Assembly: GCA_032718475.1 (NCBI GenBank)
Contig: JAUCBJ010001551.1
Span: 83,495-147,494 of the forward strand
From: Nemertoderma westbladi
Taxonomy: Eukaryota; Animalia; Xenacoelomorpha
Length of the DNA stretch: 64,000 bases
Direction: 5' to 3'
Made by a program: the position numbers and the translations under genes. Within the stretch, counting starts at the first letter, position 1, and every line of letters starts with the position of its first letter. This document shows, piece after piece, positions 38,390 to 52,316 of this stretch. Below the pieces are notes generated by a model. It was not told the DNA's origin, made no database searches, and saw only the letters and a list, made by a program, of their open reading frames with translations.

Positions 38390-39490
38390 ATGGAAGCTGC
38401 GGCGCAAACGCAACAGCAACATATTTATAACCGCTCAGGATTCTATGTTACCGAACTCAATAAAACGGTATTCGAGGTTCCTGATCGTTACCAAAACCTC
38501 ATGCCCATCGGTTCCGGTGCCTACGGGACTGTCTGCAGTGCCGTCAACACCGAAACGGGAAAAAACGTCGCCATTAAAAAATTATCGCGCCCCTTCCAAA
38601 CGCTGGTCCACGCAAAAAGAACCTACAGAGAACTGAGACTTCTAAAACACTTCCATCATGACAATGTTATTCAGCTTATGGGCGTGTTCACCCCTGCAAC
38701 CAATCTGGCGGAGTTTCAAGACGTTTACTTCGTGACAGACCTAATGGGAGCCGACCTAGCCAACATTATAAAGTACCAAGAGTTAAGCGATGACCACATT
38801 CAGTTCCTAACCTACCAGATAATGCGTGGACTCAAACACGTCCACAGTGCCGGTATTCTACATCGGGACCTCAAGCCCTCGAACATCGCCGTCAATGAAG
38901 ATTGCGAACTCCGTATCCTGGACTTCGGGTTGGCCCGGATGTCGGACGACTCCATGACGGGCTACGTAGCCACCCGCTGGTACCGTGCTCCGGAGATAAT
39001 GCTAAACTGGATGCACTACAGCGAGACGGTGGATGTCTGGAGCGTCGGCTGCATAATGGCCGAGATGCTGACGCGACGGACGCTGTTCCCGGGGATCGAC
39101 GCGATCGACCAGCTCGAGAAGATCCTCGACCTGGTCGGGACGCCGGACGCGGCCTTCCTCTCGCGGATGTCCTCCGCCGAGGCGCGTCGCTACATCGAGT
39201 CGATGACGTCTCGCCCCGGCCGCCCCTTCACGCAGTTCTTCCAGAGCGCCAACCCAGACGCAGTGGATCTGCTCGCCCGCATGCTGGTTCTGGATCCTCG
39301 GGATAGGATCACAGCGGCCGGCGCCTTGGAGCATCCCTACCTGCAGCAGTACCACGACCCGTCCGACGAGCCGGACAGCGAGCCCTTCGTCGCCTCCTTC
39401 GAGAACCTCCAGACCTCCTCCATAGCCGAGTGGAGCGCGATGGTTTATAGCGAGGTGGTTGATTACGAGGATCGCGATAGGGGCGCATAG
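38390..39490 (+). CDS. MAPK14: p38 MAP kinase (MAPK14-like), intronless, 366 aa from the first ATG
   Basis: [33 protein letters not shown] activation motif ([17 protein letters not shown]) and CD domain YHDPSDEP. The ORF-track start at 38354 is TTG; the first ATG is at 38390. Confidence 0.96.
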   Translation: MEAAAQTQQQHIYNRSGFYVTELNKTVFEVPDRYQNLMPIGSGAYGTVCSAVNTETGKNVAIKKLSRPFQTLVHAKRTYRELRLLKHFHHDNVIQLMGVFTPATNLAEFQDVYFVTDLMGADLANIIKYQELSDDHIQFLTYQIMRGLKHVHSAGILHRDLKPSNIAVNEDCELRILDFGLARMSDDSMTGYVATRWYRAPEIMLNWMHYSETVDVWSVGCIMAEMLTRRTLFPGIDAIDQLEKILDLVGTPDAAFLSRMSSAEARRYIESMTSRPGRPFTQFFQSANPDAVDLLARMLVLDPRDRITAAGALEHPYLQQYHDPSDEPDSEPFVASFENLQTSSIAEWSAMVYSEVVDYEDRDRGA

Positions 39491-41268
39491 GGATGGGAGA
39501 GGGCGGGCAGTACGACAGATCGCTAGTTGTCTGTCCGTCTGTCTGTATTCCAGGAGACTTCCCTAGAGACCAACGATTTGAACACCGAATTTAGAACTTA
39601 TCATGATTCTTATACGATTACTCTGCGTTCCTTCAGAGATTTCTGGTGGAATTGCCATTTTTATTACAATTAATTATGTTATCAGAATTCTCGGATTAGC
39701 CAAACTTATCTCAAGTTATTCTTCGCCTGGTTTCTACGTTGTATATAAGTGATGAGGCTTACTAACTGATACACCAAGCTGCACTCACATTGAGCTGCTG
39801 AACCACAAATTATTTCTTGTATATTTTAGTTACTTTATTTATCCGCTTCTAGCTAAGCTATATAACCATGTTATGTAAATGAGTTTCGGCTTTATTAATA
39901 TAGTAACTAATGTATTTAATCGGAATGCTAATATTGAATCGGTTCAGTTGGTTCTTGAAAACAATTAATCATTGCCAGTTTCCATTTATCTTTGCCATTA
40001 TACCGACACTTCTCTGTGGATTACTGCGTATATACTATATACCATTAAATTGTTTTATATCGTGTCAAACAAAGTAGCTATGACACTTACCACACTTATT
40101 TTGTACTCAATGCGCACATAATAAAAAGATCCTCTTTACAAATGTATTTGTAAAGAACAGTTTATATTTGCTTACGTTTCTTATCTTTTAATGTTTTCTT
40201 TTTGAATGCAGTTTTATAGAATATATGGGACACATAAATCAAAACCACAAAGACATATATATATATATTTGGCATGACGCTGTCAAAACTAAATAAAGTT
40301 GAATGAACAGGGATTTTATTGATGATTTGTTATCCTACCGTTTGTGAGGGATATTTAGTGGTTATGATTCCTATTTTGAATGCAATAATTAGGTCTGGTG
40401 CAGTTTTACAGGTTGGGCTATTTCTGGTCAGCTGATGACTTGTCGGGTTTACCGATTTCTCCTACAATATGCAGCATATTGTTCATGGGTACAATTAAAT
40501 TTATCCCGGTATCTTTTAGTTTGTTTTGGTTAGGATTTAGGGGTTTTCTTTTGACATGATCATATCGTTTTGTGTTTGTTTTTTATGGGTCTACTAGTAC
40601 CAGTGTAGTTATTTGTTTTTTTGTTGTTTATTCCCGTTTTTCGTTTTATATTTTTGAACATCGTTCGATTGTTTTTTCCAGTGTGATGAGGCGGTAAAAC
40701 TACAGTTGATAGCACATTTGAATTTATCAATTTAATTTATTGATTTGTCGATGTGTCTGTATACCGTTACCTACATTTCGGTATTTTGTTCATTGGATAG
40801 CCGCATTATTTCTGATAGTTTTATTAACAATACGCTATTATCTGTATCATCTTTAATCGCTCCCCGTTTAGACGACTCTTTACTCTTTGTTAGTTTGGTG
40901 CAGAAGTACAGGCATGTTCTATCTAGTTTGAGCGACTATTATTGTTTATGATCAATAAATTGTTGTAGTTAATAATGTTTGAAGCTGGAAATGTGCTGAA
41001 ACATGTATATATATCGTATGTTAGCCTTAAAATAGCTAGATCTATTTTTTTTTTAGGTTTTGAAGTCCTTTTGACTGTATATTTCAATTTTACGTAAAAT
41101 ATAATTATTATTCATTACATCATCTCATCATTACAATAAATATTATATTACAATGCTATTGATCATTATTATCAACGTTAATTATTTATTAGTTAATAAA
41201 TAATCGAAGTTTATTGTATTGCTTAGTTTTTTAAATAAACAAACCTAACTATAATGGGAGTTTATATA

Positions 41269-41662
41269 CCGGGTGTTCCATAATGATCCCCCCCCCCCCC
41301 TGGCCAGCCAAAACTGCCAGACACGCACCTTAGTGTAATATATCATTCGAAAGATAATTTAATTCTGAGCTTGCATGCAAAAATTTAGGGTCCAATACAA
41401 AAGTATAAAAATTGTATAGGCTATTCTTTAAACCTATCTTACTTCCAATATTTTATTTAATCACAATTAAAAAAAAATATAATTTATCCAGCGTTAGTCA
41501 TCAGTGACTTTGTTTGTATACTTTTGTAATGGACCCTAAATTTTTGCATGCAAGCTCAGAATTAAATTATCTTTCGAATGATATATTACACTAAGGTGCA
41601 TGTCTCGCAGTTTTCGCTGGCCAGGGGGGGGGGGGGGGGGGGAATCATTATGTAACACCCGG
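41269..41662. mobile_element. Tc1/mariner-type MITE
   Basis: TA|CCGGGTGTT...AACACCCGG|TA with about 130-bp inverted arms and TA target duplication. Confidence 0.88.
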
Positions 41663-41867
41663 TACTTTGTTAGAAATACAAATAATTATAGGGTGGGGGT
41701 TAATATTGTTAGAATTAATTGAGAAAATCTGTTTTTATTATGATAGACGGAATAATTAATAATATTAAATCAAAATACACAATAATACTTAATATTAATA
41801 ATATAATTAAAGTCTGGTTAAGCGAGATGGGCATTTATATTAAGTAAATCAAACAACACGAAATATA

Positions 41868-43667
41868 TTACGTCATCATTGTTACTGTAACTTTAGGAAT
41901 ATCAAATTGTTTAGAATCTTGGCTGGTTAACTTCTGACACGATTGCTTTGCTTTTTGTATGGCTGCAACCCAGGCTCCAGCCTGTCTGCTATTAGCGGTC
42001 TGAACTGTAAATACCTCTTCAGGTATCCTATACGTTGTGTTGCTGTACACCAAAAGGAATGTACTCTTATCTTGGAGTTCGTGCAAATGGAGCTGATTCA
42101 ATATCATTAAGGGTTTAAGTAGTTTTATTTTGTCGTCCCGTTTGGTACTTTTAGAAACTAGGAAAATATCGGTAAATAAATAGCCATAGGATTCAACCTT
42201 TCTGGTACCCTCTTTGATTTTAAATGGGCCATCCATTAAAATCTTGCGTTTTTTCCGCGTGTTTGGGATGGGGTTGATTAAATTAAGTGCGGGATATCTT
42301 TTCACAATATCACAAACCTCATCGCTATAATCAATAATGTTTGGGTAAGATTCAATCTGGGAATTCAATTTCCTCAACACGTGTAACTCTTCATTATTAT
42401 TAACCTCTTCATTAACTTTACCGATAAATACATTAACTTCACTAACAATGTTCTCTAGTATCGAATATTCATCTTTGGTCGCCAATTTTCCCTGCATTGT
42501 CTTTAGTAAAAGGGGATACTTAGTAAGTCTTTGCATTGGTTTAACCATCATATCCGATAGCAGTAGTCTATTACATTCGGGCCAGGATTCGCCCCATTCC
42601 ACAAATCGTTTAAATATTTCGTTTTCATTGTAACACATTTTCATGTATTCAATGCTGCTCTGAGCTTGTATACCTTGTTCTATGTAGGGTTGGAAATTAA
42701 TTTCGAATTTCTTAAACAATTCAGCAATGAGAATGGCGTCGACACAATTACCTGTCTCGCGACTAACTTCCACTATTTTCTTCATATTAGTCCAGAGATT
42801 AATGTGACACTTCCTCACATCCCTCATATTACTAAAAAGTACTATAGTATCTACTTCCCGCAGTATATTTTGTGAATGCAAATGTTCTAGTGGAGACAAA
42901 AATAGATTAATTATTACATCTAAATGTCGAATATGCGAGGATTCTGTTGTGAACAATTCCCAAAGAACGGATTGTTGGGTAAACAGTCTCTTACTAAGGT
43001 TGCTGGCATCCTCCACAATATCGGCCCAGTCACCAGCTACGCGCGTATCCATTGGCGCATCAGGCGTATCAAACATTTCATCTGAACTTCGCGAATTCAC
43101 AGCTTTGAAGTTGTTCAGCAGAAGTTCCAAATGTTTAATTTCCTGCTGCTGCGAGTTTGTCGTTGACGATGTTGCTTTGCTTTTTTCCTTTACACCCGAG
43201 GAACCCTTTGAGAAGAGCCGACGTCTCGCTATAGTTGATATAGAGTTGGACCTAATCTTTGATCTTTGTGGTCCTATTGCTAAATCAGCGACTGATACTG
43301 CCCTCCTTCCATGGGAGGAGTAGGTATGTAGCATGTACAGATTATTTGGATTTATCAGAGAATCATAATAAGTAACTTGTGAAATATCGGAGCATGAATT
43401 ATACCTCCGATGGCTGGAGTTCGATTCAACTACAACATCTGCTTTCTTATAAATATTATAAGTGGGTGACCCACTCAATTGGCTTGGCACGCTATCCCAT
43501 TTATCCATCACCCCCCTGCTGGAAGGTTCGGTGCATTGATTATTCGCAATGTTGGTGGATTTTTCATGATTTGGTATCTCGCACCCTATAGCAGAAACCC
43601 TGCAGGTTGGTAAGGAGCTTATCAGCCAAAATACAGAAGCCAATACGTAAATGAACGCGGCATACAT
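41868..43667 (-). CDS. Dbl-family RhoGEF (DH-PH), PLEKHG5/6/7-like; true N-terminus uncertain
   Basis: DH motifs QQSVLWELFTTESSHIRHL and LSDMMVKPMQRLTKYPLLL, followed by a PH domain (YGYLFTDIFLVSK...WVAAIQKA). Confidence 0.9.
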   Translation of the reverse strand: MYAAFIYVLASVFWLISSLPTCRVSAIGCEIPNHEKSTNIANNQCTEPSSRGVMDKWDSVPSQLSGSPTYNIYKKADVVVESNSSHRRYNSCSDISQVTYYDSLINPNNLYMLHTYSSHGRRAVSVADLAIGPQRSKIRSNSISTIARRRLFSKGSSGVKEKSKATSSTTNSQQQEIKHLELLLNNFKAVNSRSSDEMFDTPDAPMDTRVAGDWADIVEDASNLSKRLFTQQSVLWELFTTESSHIRHLDVIINLFLSPLEHLHSQNILREVDTIVLFSNMRDVRKCHINLWTNMKKIVEVSRETGNCVDAILIAELFKKFEINFQPYIEQGIQAQSSIEYMKMCYNENEIFKRFVEWGESWPECNRLLLSDMMVKPMQRLTKYPLLLKTMQGKLATKDEYSILENIVSEVNVFIGKVNEEVNNNEELHVLRKLNSQIESYPNIIDYSDEVCDIVKRYPALNLINPIPNTRKKRKILMDGPFKIKEGTRKVESYGYLFTDIFLVSKSTKRDDKIKLLKPLMILNQLHLHELQDKSTFLLVYSNTTYRIPEEVFTVQTANSRQAGAWVAAIQKAKQSCQKLTSQDSKQFDIPKVTVTMMT

Positions 43668-46600
43668 TTATTAAACATGCTTTGTAATGAAAATGTATGT
43701 ATGTATGTGTATTGTATATGGAACATGGCATATGTGACGAACTTCGTGATTTTGTAATGGACATATTGTAATGGATTAATTAAAATGGTACAGTGTATGC
43801 AATGACGTGTATCTTGTTACCGTATTGACGCAGGTTACGAGGTATTTTTAAGGAATAATGAAGCGGCTTTGGAGGGAAGCCAACAAAGACAATGGCGTCC
43901 CGATATATTAATAATGGTGTATCAGTCGGTACTGAATTTACCACCAAGTAAGGGCATAATCATTCACTCAATATCACATGGGGAACTTCAGTGAAATTTG
44001 TACTAGAAAGCCATCAAGCTGGCTGGAAGGATCCCGGGGGAAGAATCCTATTTACAAGACTATAACAAATAAACCTAGTCGGTCAGCAGTAAGTAAACAA
44101 TTGTCTAAACTATAAGGCGTGGGGCTATCTGACTTTGTGGCTCGTCCCACACAATAAAAAATGAAACTTTGCTATGACAACACACCCGGTTCTTTTAAAT
44201 TTGCGTGATTTGAGTTTTATGCTCGCACCACTATTTGTACGAAATGTTAAAACTTATCTTACAGTATGCCAATGTAGTAATGGTATTAAAATATAATTGA
44301 ATTAATTTACACTATTAATGCTTCAGCTAAAAAATGATGCTAATCCTATGTAATAAAAAAAATAAGAATATTATTTTTAAGAACTCTCTACATATGTCCT
44401 ATACAAAATAATCAGCCCAATGATTCGTGGAATAATAATATAATCCTACTGCAGTGGTATATTTTATTTTGTTTATTGACAACTCAACCCTGTCTATCCC
44501 TGAGAGCTGATAAAGGATGTGTAGACTCAGTCAGCAGCTAGCAGCAGGAGGGGTGTAGTCAAAGTCAAGAAATTCTGCATTGATGGAATTCTATCTCAGG
44601 CAGCCCTGCACTCAACCATTACTACACAGCTAGCTGCTGCAGCAGCTCAGGGCAGAGTTGTTACTTTACCATTGCTTTTAATTTCGCGACAAAATAATTT
44701 CAAAAAACGAAATATATATCGAATACAACACATAGAATCGATCTGATATTTTGTAACGCGATTATGAACCACCAAATCAATTTACTTTTAAAATTTCAAC
44801 AAAATCGCCAGGCAGGAAGTGCCTGACCCTTGATAATTATCAGTCAGCCAGTCAGTGTTATATATCCTGACATTTTTACAGAAGTATCCCGCAGATTTTT
44901 ACAGTAAGTCTCCCGCCTGTCGAGCGGGCTCCTAATTATATAGGTATCTTATGTGGTTGTTATTATGTAAAGGCAGGCAATGGGCCAGGTGGATATTAAC
45001 AGCTGAGCTAGGCGCTGGACCAATCAGAGCCTAGACTTATGGGGCTGCCTGAACACACATTAGGCATAGGTATTTAAACCAGTACAATCCCATTATTCAG
45101 TTAGTTGTGTGGAAAGTTATTGATAGATAGGCTAGGTTAGTGAACTAGTTTTTACCAGTTTGTTCAGTACGATTCAACATGCAGACATGTTAGTAAACTC
45201 TATGACATTATTTTTATCAGCAATTAATACAATTCAGATTATCAACAAACTCAGTTCTTTTTGTTATACAATAATGTCTGATGGACTTACGTAAAACATG
45301 CAAAACTTAACTCATGAATGCGGCCAAGTTACACAACTCTGCTACTGTAACAGTAAAAACAATAGGCTAATGGCGGTAAGATGGAGCAGGAGGAAGAATC
45401 GGTCGGAGAGCGGATGGGACGATTAGAAACTCAAAGGCTGTAGTGCTACCATGTAAGTTAGGTAGGCATACAGTACCGGTATAGACTATAGGATCAACTG
45501 AATATGATGAGTTCAATCTCTGGAAGTGGGGAAGGGGACCAGGCGGCTAGTATCAGGCCTATATAGGGACCCCCCGGAGAACAAAGTGACAGTGATTGGG
45601 CTGGGGTCGGATCGGGACCAACCACTGAGTAGTGGACCAGAGAATGAGGCCACCACTAGAGGCCCGCTGTAGCACCGCAAGGATGATGGGGGTTCGGAAG
45701 TGGGAGCAGGCGGAGCGAGCGAGTCGGGACAGATGCGTGATGGAGCTGCGGCTAGTGTACAGGGAGCTACAAGGCGATGGGGTACGTGAAACCCCGCACC
45801 CATCTGTCATACCAACAAATGGGGACAACTGGATGATCACCCCCAAGGGAAGACACAGGTGTCATTGATCGTCTGGTGAGGAACTACAGGACGTTGAGAA
45901 GACAAGCTAAGGAATCGGGTAACGTTGATATAATAGCTAGGATTACGGAGGTGAATAATTAATTAAGTCACCTAATTAGGTTTGGTAATCGGGAACTTTC
46001 TAGCCAACAGGCATACATAATTGCAAGTGACCTACATGGACTATTATGTACTGGTATCTACCCTAATCAACTAATTGTAGGGCCTTATAAAGTGATCCGT
46101 GTGGGAGTGAGGACAAATAAGCGGGAAAGTAATAGGGCGGGGGAGCAAAACAGCTCGATAAAATCGAGTATGTCTGGGTCTACATCCTCTAAAATATTAA
46201 GAAGGGTGGCAGCCATAGATTTGGAAAGCTGAAAGCGGGAAATATAATTAGAACAAGAAAAATTAGACAGTGAAATTAAAAGAGATAAGAGAGAGCAGAG
46301 AGGGAGAGAGTAGATTGAAATAGAGAATTAGAAAAATTGAGAGTGGAACAAGAAGCGAAAAGGGTGGAAAAGGAAGTGGAAAGGGTGAGAAAGAGAGAAA
46401 ATAAGGAGAGAGAGGTGAGAGAGCGATTAAATAGAACAGTGGTGGAGCAGGAAGAAAGTAGAAAGACGAGGGCAAATATAACTATACAAAATAGAAAATT
46501 GGAAGAACAGCATATATACCAAATAAATTAAACAAATTAGCGACAATGGGGTTTTCAGTGAGTGGAAGGGAAGAAAGTGGTGTGTGCAGCGAGTGGGGTG

Positions 46601-49600
46601 AAAGTGTTATGAGTAATAAAAATAATGACGTTTCCATTGACAGTTTTGTTTCTAGATCAATAAGTGATATACACGGACAAACAAACCATTGGTGTGACAA
46701 TACAGCTGACACCGGACAAACAGAAGAACATTAGGATGTACACAATGGTGTAAATAGCAATATGATTCACATTTTTGAAAATTACAGTATACATAATTAT
46801 AATAATAATACCAGTAACATTAGTAATCTAACAGCAGCGGGAAGCGACCAAGGTAGGGGTCGACGGAACACAGCCGATGATGAACGGCGAGTTGAGCCTA
46901 ATAGGCAAGGTTATGAAGGGAATGCACAAAGCAACATCAACTGCAATCCAACAATGAATGCGACCAGCATGCAACAGCAAACCTTGGGAATGGCTTCGCA
47001 TATAGATGCACTAAAGACCAGGATAGAGTTGCCAGCAGTCAAACCTTTATAAGTTCAATGGTGGTAAACCAAAGGAGTACATCCAGTTCAGAAGAATGTA
47101 CAGTAACGAAATTTTATCAAAGAAATTAACCCAAGCAGAGTGTCTGAAATACCTTATAAACTAATATTAGTTATTCACAGCGGGACTAGCCTACGAAATA
47201 GTGCGATAACACCAAGCCATCGAGGGAGGATTTTTTGCTGCATGGGATGTGTTAGATAGCGAATATGGACAGCCAGCAAAAATAATATGGCAAACACTGA
47301 AAACAATAACAATGACATCAGTAGCGGATAGTCCAACTAACATAAAAAGATTCGCAAATAAAATAAAGAAAGCACTTTTTACACTAAAAACACTTGAAAC
47401 ACCATATAAGTTGAACTCATCCCAGAACGTACTCATGGTAGTTGAAGCACTACCAAAGTGGATTAGGAATAAGTGGAGGGAAGAAGGATTCAAGACACAA
47501 GATTGGTAGTAGTTATCGTATATTAAAATATTGTAGTAGTTCCGTGGACAGAGACGGGATGTATTCATCAGGAGTTCATAGAGGAAGTTCAGGTGAACAG
47601 GGCAGAAACAGGTATAGCTCGGGATATCAAGGAAGGAACTACAGCAGCAACCTTCAATTTAGAATGCAAAGAGAGGATCTGAAGAGAGGTAGACTGAACA
47701 TTCCATAGAGCAACATGTTAAATACATTAAAATGAGATACATGATACATCAAACTGTACAGAATGGAAGGCTATACAGCAAACGAGAGACACATTTATAC
47801 ATCGCGATAAAACTTGTGCCACAATTGTGTGAACAGAGGACATATGGAAGATTCATGTACATTTGGAATACCAAAGATGGAAACTGGATGAAATAATAAC
47901 ATAGGAACTGCGATGGGAGAGGAAAAGGAGCAAAGTACAGTGTTTCTCAGAGTAGTAACTGGGAAGATTCGTGGTGTAGATGATAAATCGGTAACTATGC
48001 CAATGTTGATAGATAGCGGTGCTGCATTTACACTAACTGAAAAATTAATAGCGGACAGAATAGGACTGATAACAAGGACAAGCGAGCGACATGGCTGTTA
48101 CAACTATAACTACTAAAGATGAAGTAGTAAGGATAACTACTAAAGATGAAGTAGTGAGGATGATGGTAGGACAGTGCATGATTGAGTCTATCATGCCAGG
48201 ATATAGATTCTCAGAGAAATGCAATCCTTTAGGATAACACAAATACTTAACATCAATGCAAGGAGGCCCACTATTTCAGAAACAGGCAATTATAAACACC
48301 TTAGTGGCAAGATTTCAGGATACCGTATCTCGATGTACCGAAATTGTTGTTAATATTTGGAATGGACTGCCTAACTGTTCACAATAGAATAAAGGTAGTA
48401 TTTGAGGAGAAAGGGTCTGGTGATCCCATTGCAGTATTAACACCTTTCGGGTGGACACTAAGTGGACAGTTAGCTCGGGAAGAAAGACAAATACATCCAT
48501 GCAATACAGATGTATGTCGGCAATGACTGAGACAATGGAACAAGGATTGGAGAGACATCTACAGGAGTTAATCCAAATGGACACGGAGGGTATAAAAGAT
48601 ACAAAGAGAGGAATATCAGTGGAAGATAAAGAAGCTATGCGGATGGTAAAAGAGAGCATGAAGTGTGAGAATGGTAGATATACGATAGGAATGGCATGGA
48701 AGAAGCTGAAGAACCCCCTACCAAACCACAGGAGAATGGTAGTGACACGATTAAAGAAGTTAAAGCAAACCTCACAAAAATCAAGGAGAAAAGTGAATAT
48801 CTCCATAGAACCAAAAGGAAATATGTAGAGAAGGGGTGGGCAGTGGAACTACCTGCAGATGAACCAGATATGGACCAAACTTATTATCTACTGTTATACA
48901 TCGCAGTAGATGCAAGAAAAGGTAATAAGCTAACAATGGTAGTAAATGCAGTCACGAAGACAGACGAGGTAGCATTGAATGATTACCTTCTGGAAGGACA
49001 GAACATCACTACAGCAGTATATAAGTATTAATAGGTTCGGGAACATATTTTGTATTCATATGCGACATTGAGCGCATGTTTAATCAGGTATTAGTAATGA
49101 AAGAAGCCAGTGAAGTCAGTGGTTTTTGTGGTATAATGGTGATGTAGACCCGGCTGTGATACCAAGCTATAAGATGGTAGTTCACAATATGGGAGCAAAA
49201 TGTTCTTCATATACCACCATTACTGCAATACAGAACACTACCAAAGGAAAAGAACGACATATACAGTCTGAAAGCCATAGAAATGATTCAAAAGGGATTG
49301 TATGTTGATGATGGGATAGGGTCATGAAACACAGTAGTAGCAACCATCAACTTGGCTCGCAAAGTTTGATATATTGAAAGGGCGAGGATTTAACATAATA
49401 AAGTTTAAATCAAACTCAACAGAGTTCGTGGAGGCCATGGGTGATGGCATCGAAGGAGCAGCATCAGAGAAGGCAAAGTTGGTACTGTTGAACAGTAAGG
49501 AAAAGTTAGCAGCTGACAAAAGATATCAGCTGGTACAAAGAGCCTTAGGAATAAAATGGAACAGAGAGACCAACATGCTAGAATATCAATTCACACATGT

Positions 49601-49946
49601 GGGACACGATATAAACACGAAAAGAGGGTAACTTTCATACATTACGATCCTTTAGGACTCGCATCACCATTGTTGGTGATAGGAAAACAAATCCTGAAGA
49701 AAGTATACTGATTAAAGGATGGGTGGGACGAACAAGTGCTGGAAGAGATTGCAAAGGAGTGGAAAATCTGGACTGCGAGTATACAAGAAATGGGAAAGAT
49801 TATGATGCCGAGAGCTTACTTCCCAGGTGGCAGGATGGAATACCTAGAACTGCATATGTTCGGAGATGCATTGCTTGAGGCGTATGGGGCGGCGCTATAT
49901 ATCGTACAACGGGGCAGGGATAGGTACACTCGACTGATCTTTAGTA

Positions 49947-51340
49947 CTACTACTACTACTACTACTAGGATCGGCATGCTGCATTGCAGCTGCATTTTTA
50001 AGAATGCTGTGCCGGCTTGTCAACAAAATTGCACCGCCACAACTCCCTATCACCCATGACATTTGCTAGATCATCCGCATCTTTAAGGCCAGTGTCCATT
50101 AAGATGCGTCTCAAGAAAGTCATGGGCTGTCCACCATGCTTATTCACTCCATGAGGCTGCCAAAGTACAAGATTATGCACTGGCTGGTCCTCACGGCGAA
50201 AGCAATGTCCTGCAAAGCGGAGGCGATTTTGTTCTAGTGTCAAGCTTGGGGGAACCAATGAGACACCTCCAATGTTATATAGTGTCTGGTTGGAGATGTG
50301 TGCATTGTACTTGACACAATGAACCCGGCGTAGCATTCTTGTGAATGTGCCATCCAGAGATTTGGTGTCCTCAGCAGTTAGAGCCCAGCATGGACTCCCG
50401 TAGAGGAGTACTGGAACTACTGCTGCTCTAAATAATCGGATCTTAAGTTTCCGATTAATTCTCGGTGACTTCCAAATCCTGGAAAGCCTATTCAAGGCTG
50501 CCCATGCCTTTCCCTTACGTATTCGAAGGTCCTCACCTGACTTCCGGATCCATGATCCCAGGTAACAGAAGTCGTCCACATGCTCAAGCATACCATCCTT
50601 TGAGCTTATGCTCATCCGATCAGAGACTTGCTGAGGACTTTCAAAGTTAACTGTCAGAATTTTGGTCTTTCTGGAGTTAATAAAAAGACCAACACTAGAA
50701 GCAGCATGTTCTAATGAGCTGAGGAGCCGTTGGGCTCCCTCTAATGATTCTGAGAGTACTCCTAAGTCATCAGCAAAGTCTAGATCAGTTAGGTACTTGG
50801 CAGGATTTCCTCGACTTCTGGAGCCAGTAGGTGGAGTTATCATCACCCCATCATCATTATGATGATCTAAGGACATGCGTAGAACATAGTCAACCACAAT
50901 AATGAACAAGAATGGTGCAAGTGTGTCTCCTTGGAGGACGCCCCATAACACTTCAAATGGTTCTGTGTCACCGTCAACAGTAGACACAAATGTTGTCGAA
51001 CCATCGTATACTGATCTGATTGCTGCAATAATTTCATCAGGAATCCCATATAATGAAAGTATGCTGAACATACGTGAGCGAGAGACTGAATCAAAGGCCT
51101 TGAAGAAGTCAACAAAGATAACAGCCAGATGCCTGTCTTTCTTTTTTGATAATTCTTCAATTATCCTTCTAAGTGCCAAAATGGGCTCCATGGTCCCACG
51201 ACCTTTACGGAACCCATTCTGATTTCCACGGAGCAGTCTCTCAATGGGATCCCTGATGCGATTTAATAGAATCCTATTGTATAGCTTTGCAGCAATCGAG
51301 ATCAATGAGATTCCCCGAAAAGAACCGTAGAGTGCATGTA
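49947..51340 (-). mobile_element. 5'-truncated RTE-like LINE inserted in the BEL element, with an open RT frame (49998-51305)
   Basis: QNGFR, FVDFFKAFDSV, GVLQGDTLAPFLF, FADD, YLG motifs; (TAG)n tail; 11-bp TSD GATCTTTAGTA (49936-49946, 51341-51351). Removing it restores BEL LIFSKAR. Confidence 0.93.
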
Positions 51341-52039
51341 GATCTTTAGTAAGGCCAGGTCGACACCAGGAAATTCACTAGGAGTGCCGAAATTAGAGTT
51401 GATGGTTGCACGCATAAGGATGAGGGTGGCGGCATACATAGCAGATGGTATGTCGACAGTGAAGGAAATCTTTTATTGGACTGATTCAATGGCCGTAATG
51501 GGAAGGTTGACAAACGAGGAAACGAGACTTAGATTGTTTATTGCGAATAGAGTGGACGAGATACAAGAGATATCTAACATTGACAACTGGAAACACTGCC
51601 CAACAGGAGACAATCCAGCAGACCTATAGTCAAGAGGAGTAAACAAATGATTCTTTGAAGACAAAGAGGACTTCTGGCAGCACGGTCTGAAGTTTCTTAA
51701 TAACAAAGATTTGTGGCTGGAAAACATCAAGGAAGACAAAACGAAGGAGAGCATGGAAGTAAAGGAAAGTGCGAGTGAGGTATACATTGAAGATGGTGAC
51801 AACACATTGATGCTAAGTGAGGTGACGACAGGGTGGAAGGTAAAAGATACACACTTTACAACACTGGAGGGACATACAAACCCAACAGATAGGTTGCTGG
51901 AATATAATTCCAGTTGGTACAAGTCCAGATTTATGTGGCGTACTACTGAGCATTCGGGGAGTTCTTGAAAAGTAAAACCAAGGGTGCACAAATAAAACCA
52001 AGAATAGATCTAAACACGGCAGAAACACTAATATTGGTT

Positions 52040-52316
52040 GATGAATGGGGGTATCTTTTAGGCTCGTTAAGCCAAGGAATGCCTGTTTACCACCATGGGT
52101 GATCTTCCACAGTAAACCCTTCCCCTCTGTTTCCCATGTTCCCTTGGTTCCTATTTATCAACCACTGAAGGATGAAAGCCAGGGTTGGGCTAAGCTGCTG
52201 CATTTAAAGCACTGCGCCCAAATAGTGCTGCCCCATCTAGGGATCGAACCAGGGCTCCCTAAATAGAAGCCCAGGAATTTCACCACTAGACCAAGCTGCT
52301 GCTATATTGTTATAAC
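52040..52316 (-). mobile_element. Full-length tRNA-derived SINE
   Basis: Reverse complement has A-box TGGTCTAGTGG and B-box GGTTCGATCC; flanked by AATATTGGTT direct repeats; homologous to 3699-4746. Confidence 0.88.

Noticed and set aside
38902-39355. Alternative-frame and antisense ORFs over p38
   Set aside because: Shadow ORFs expected from the GC-rich 3' half of the real gene.
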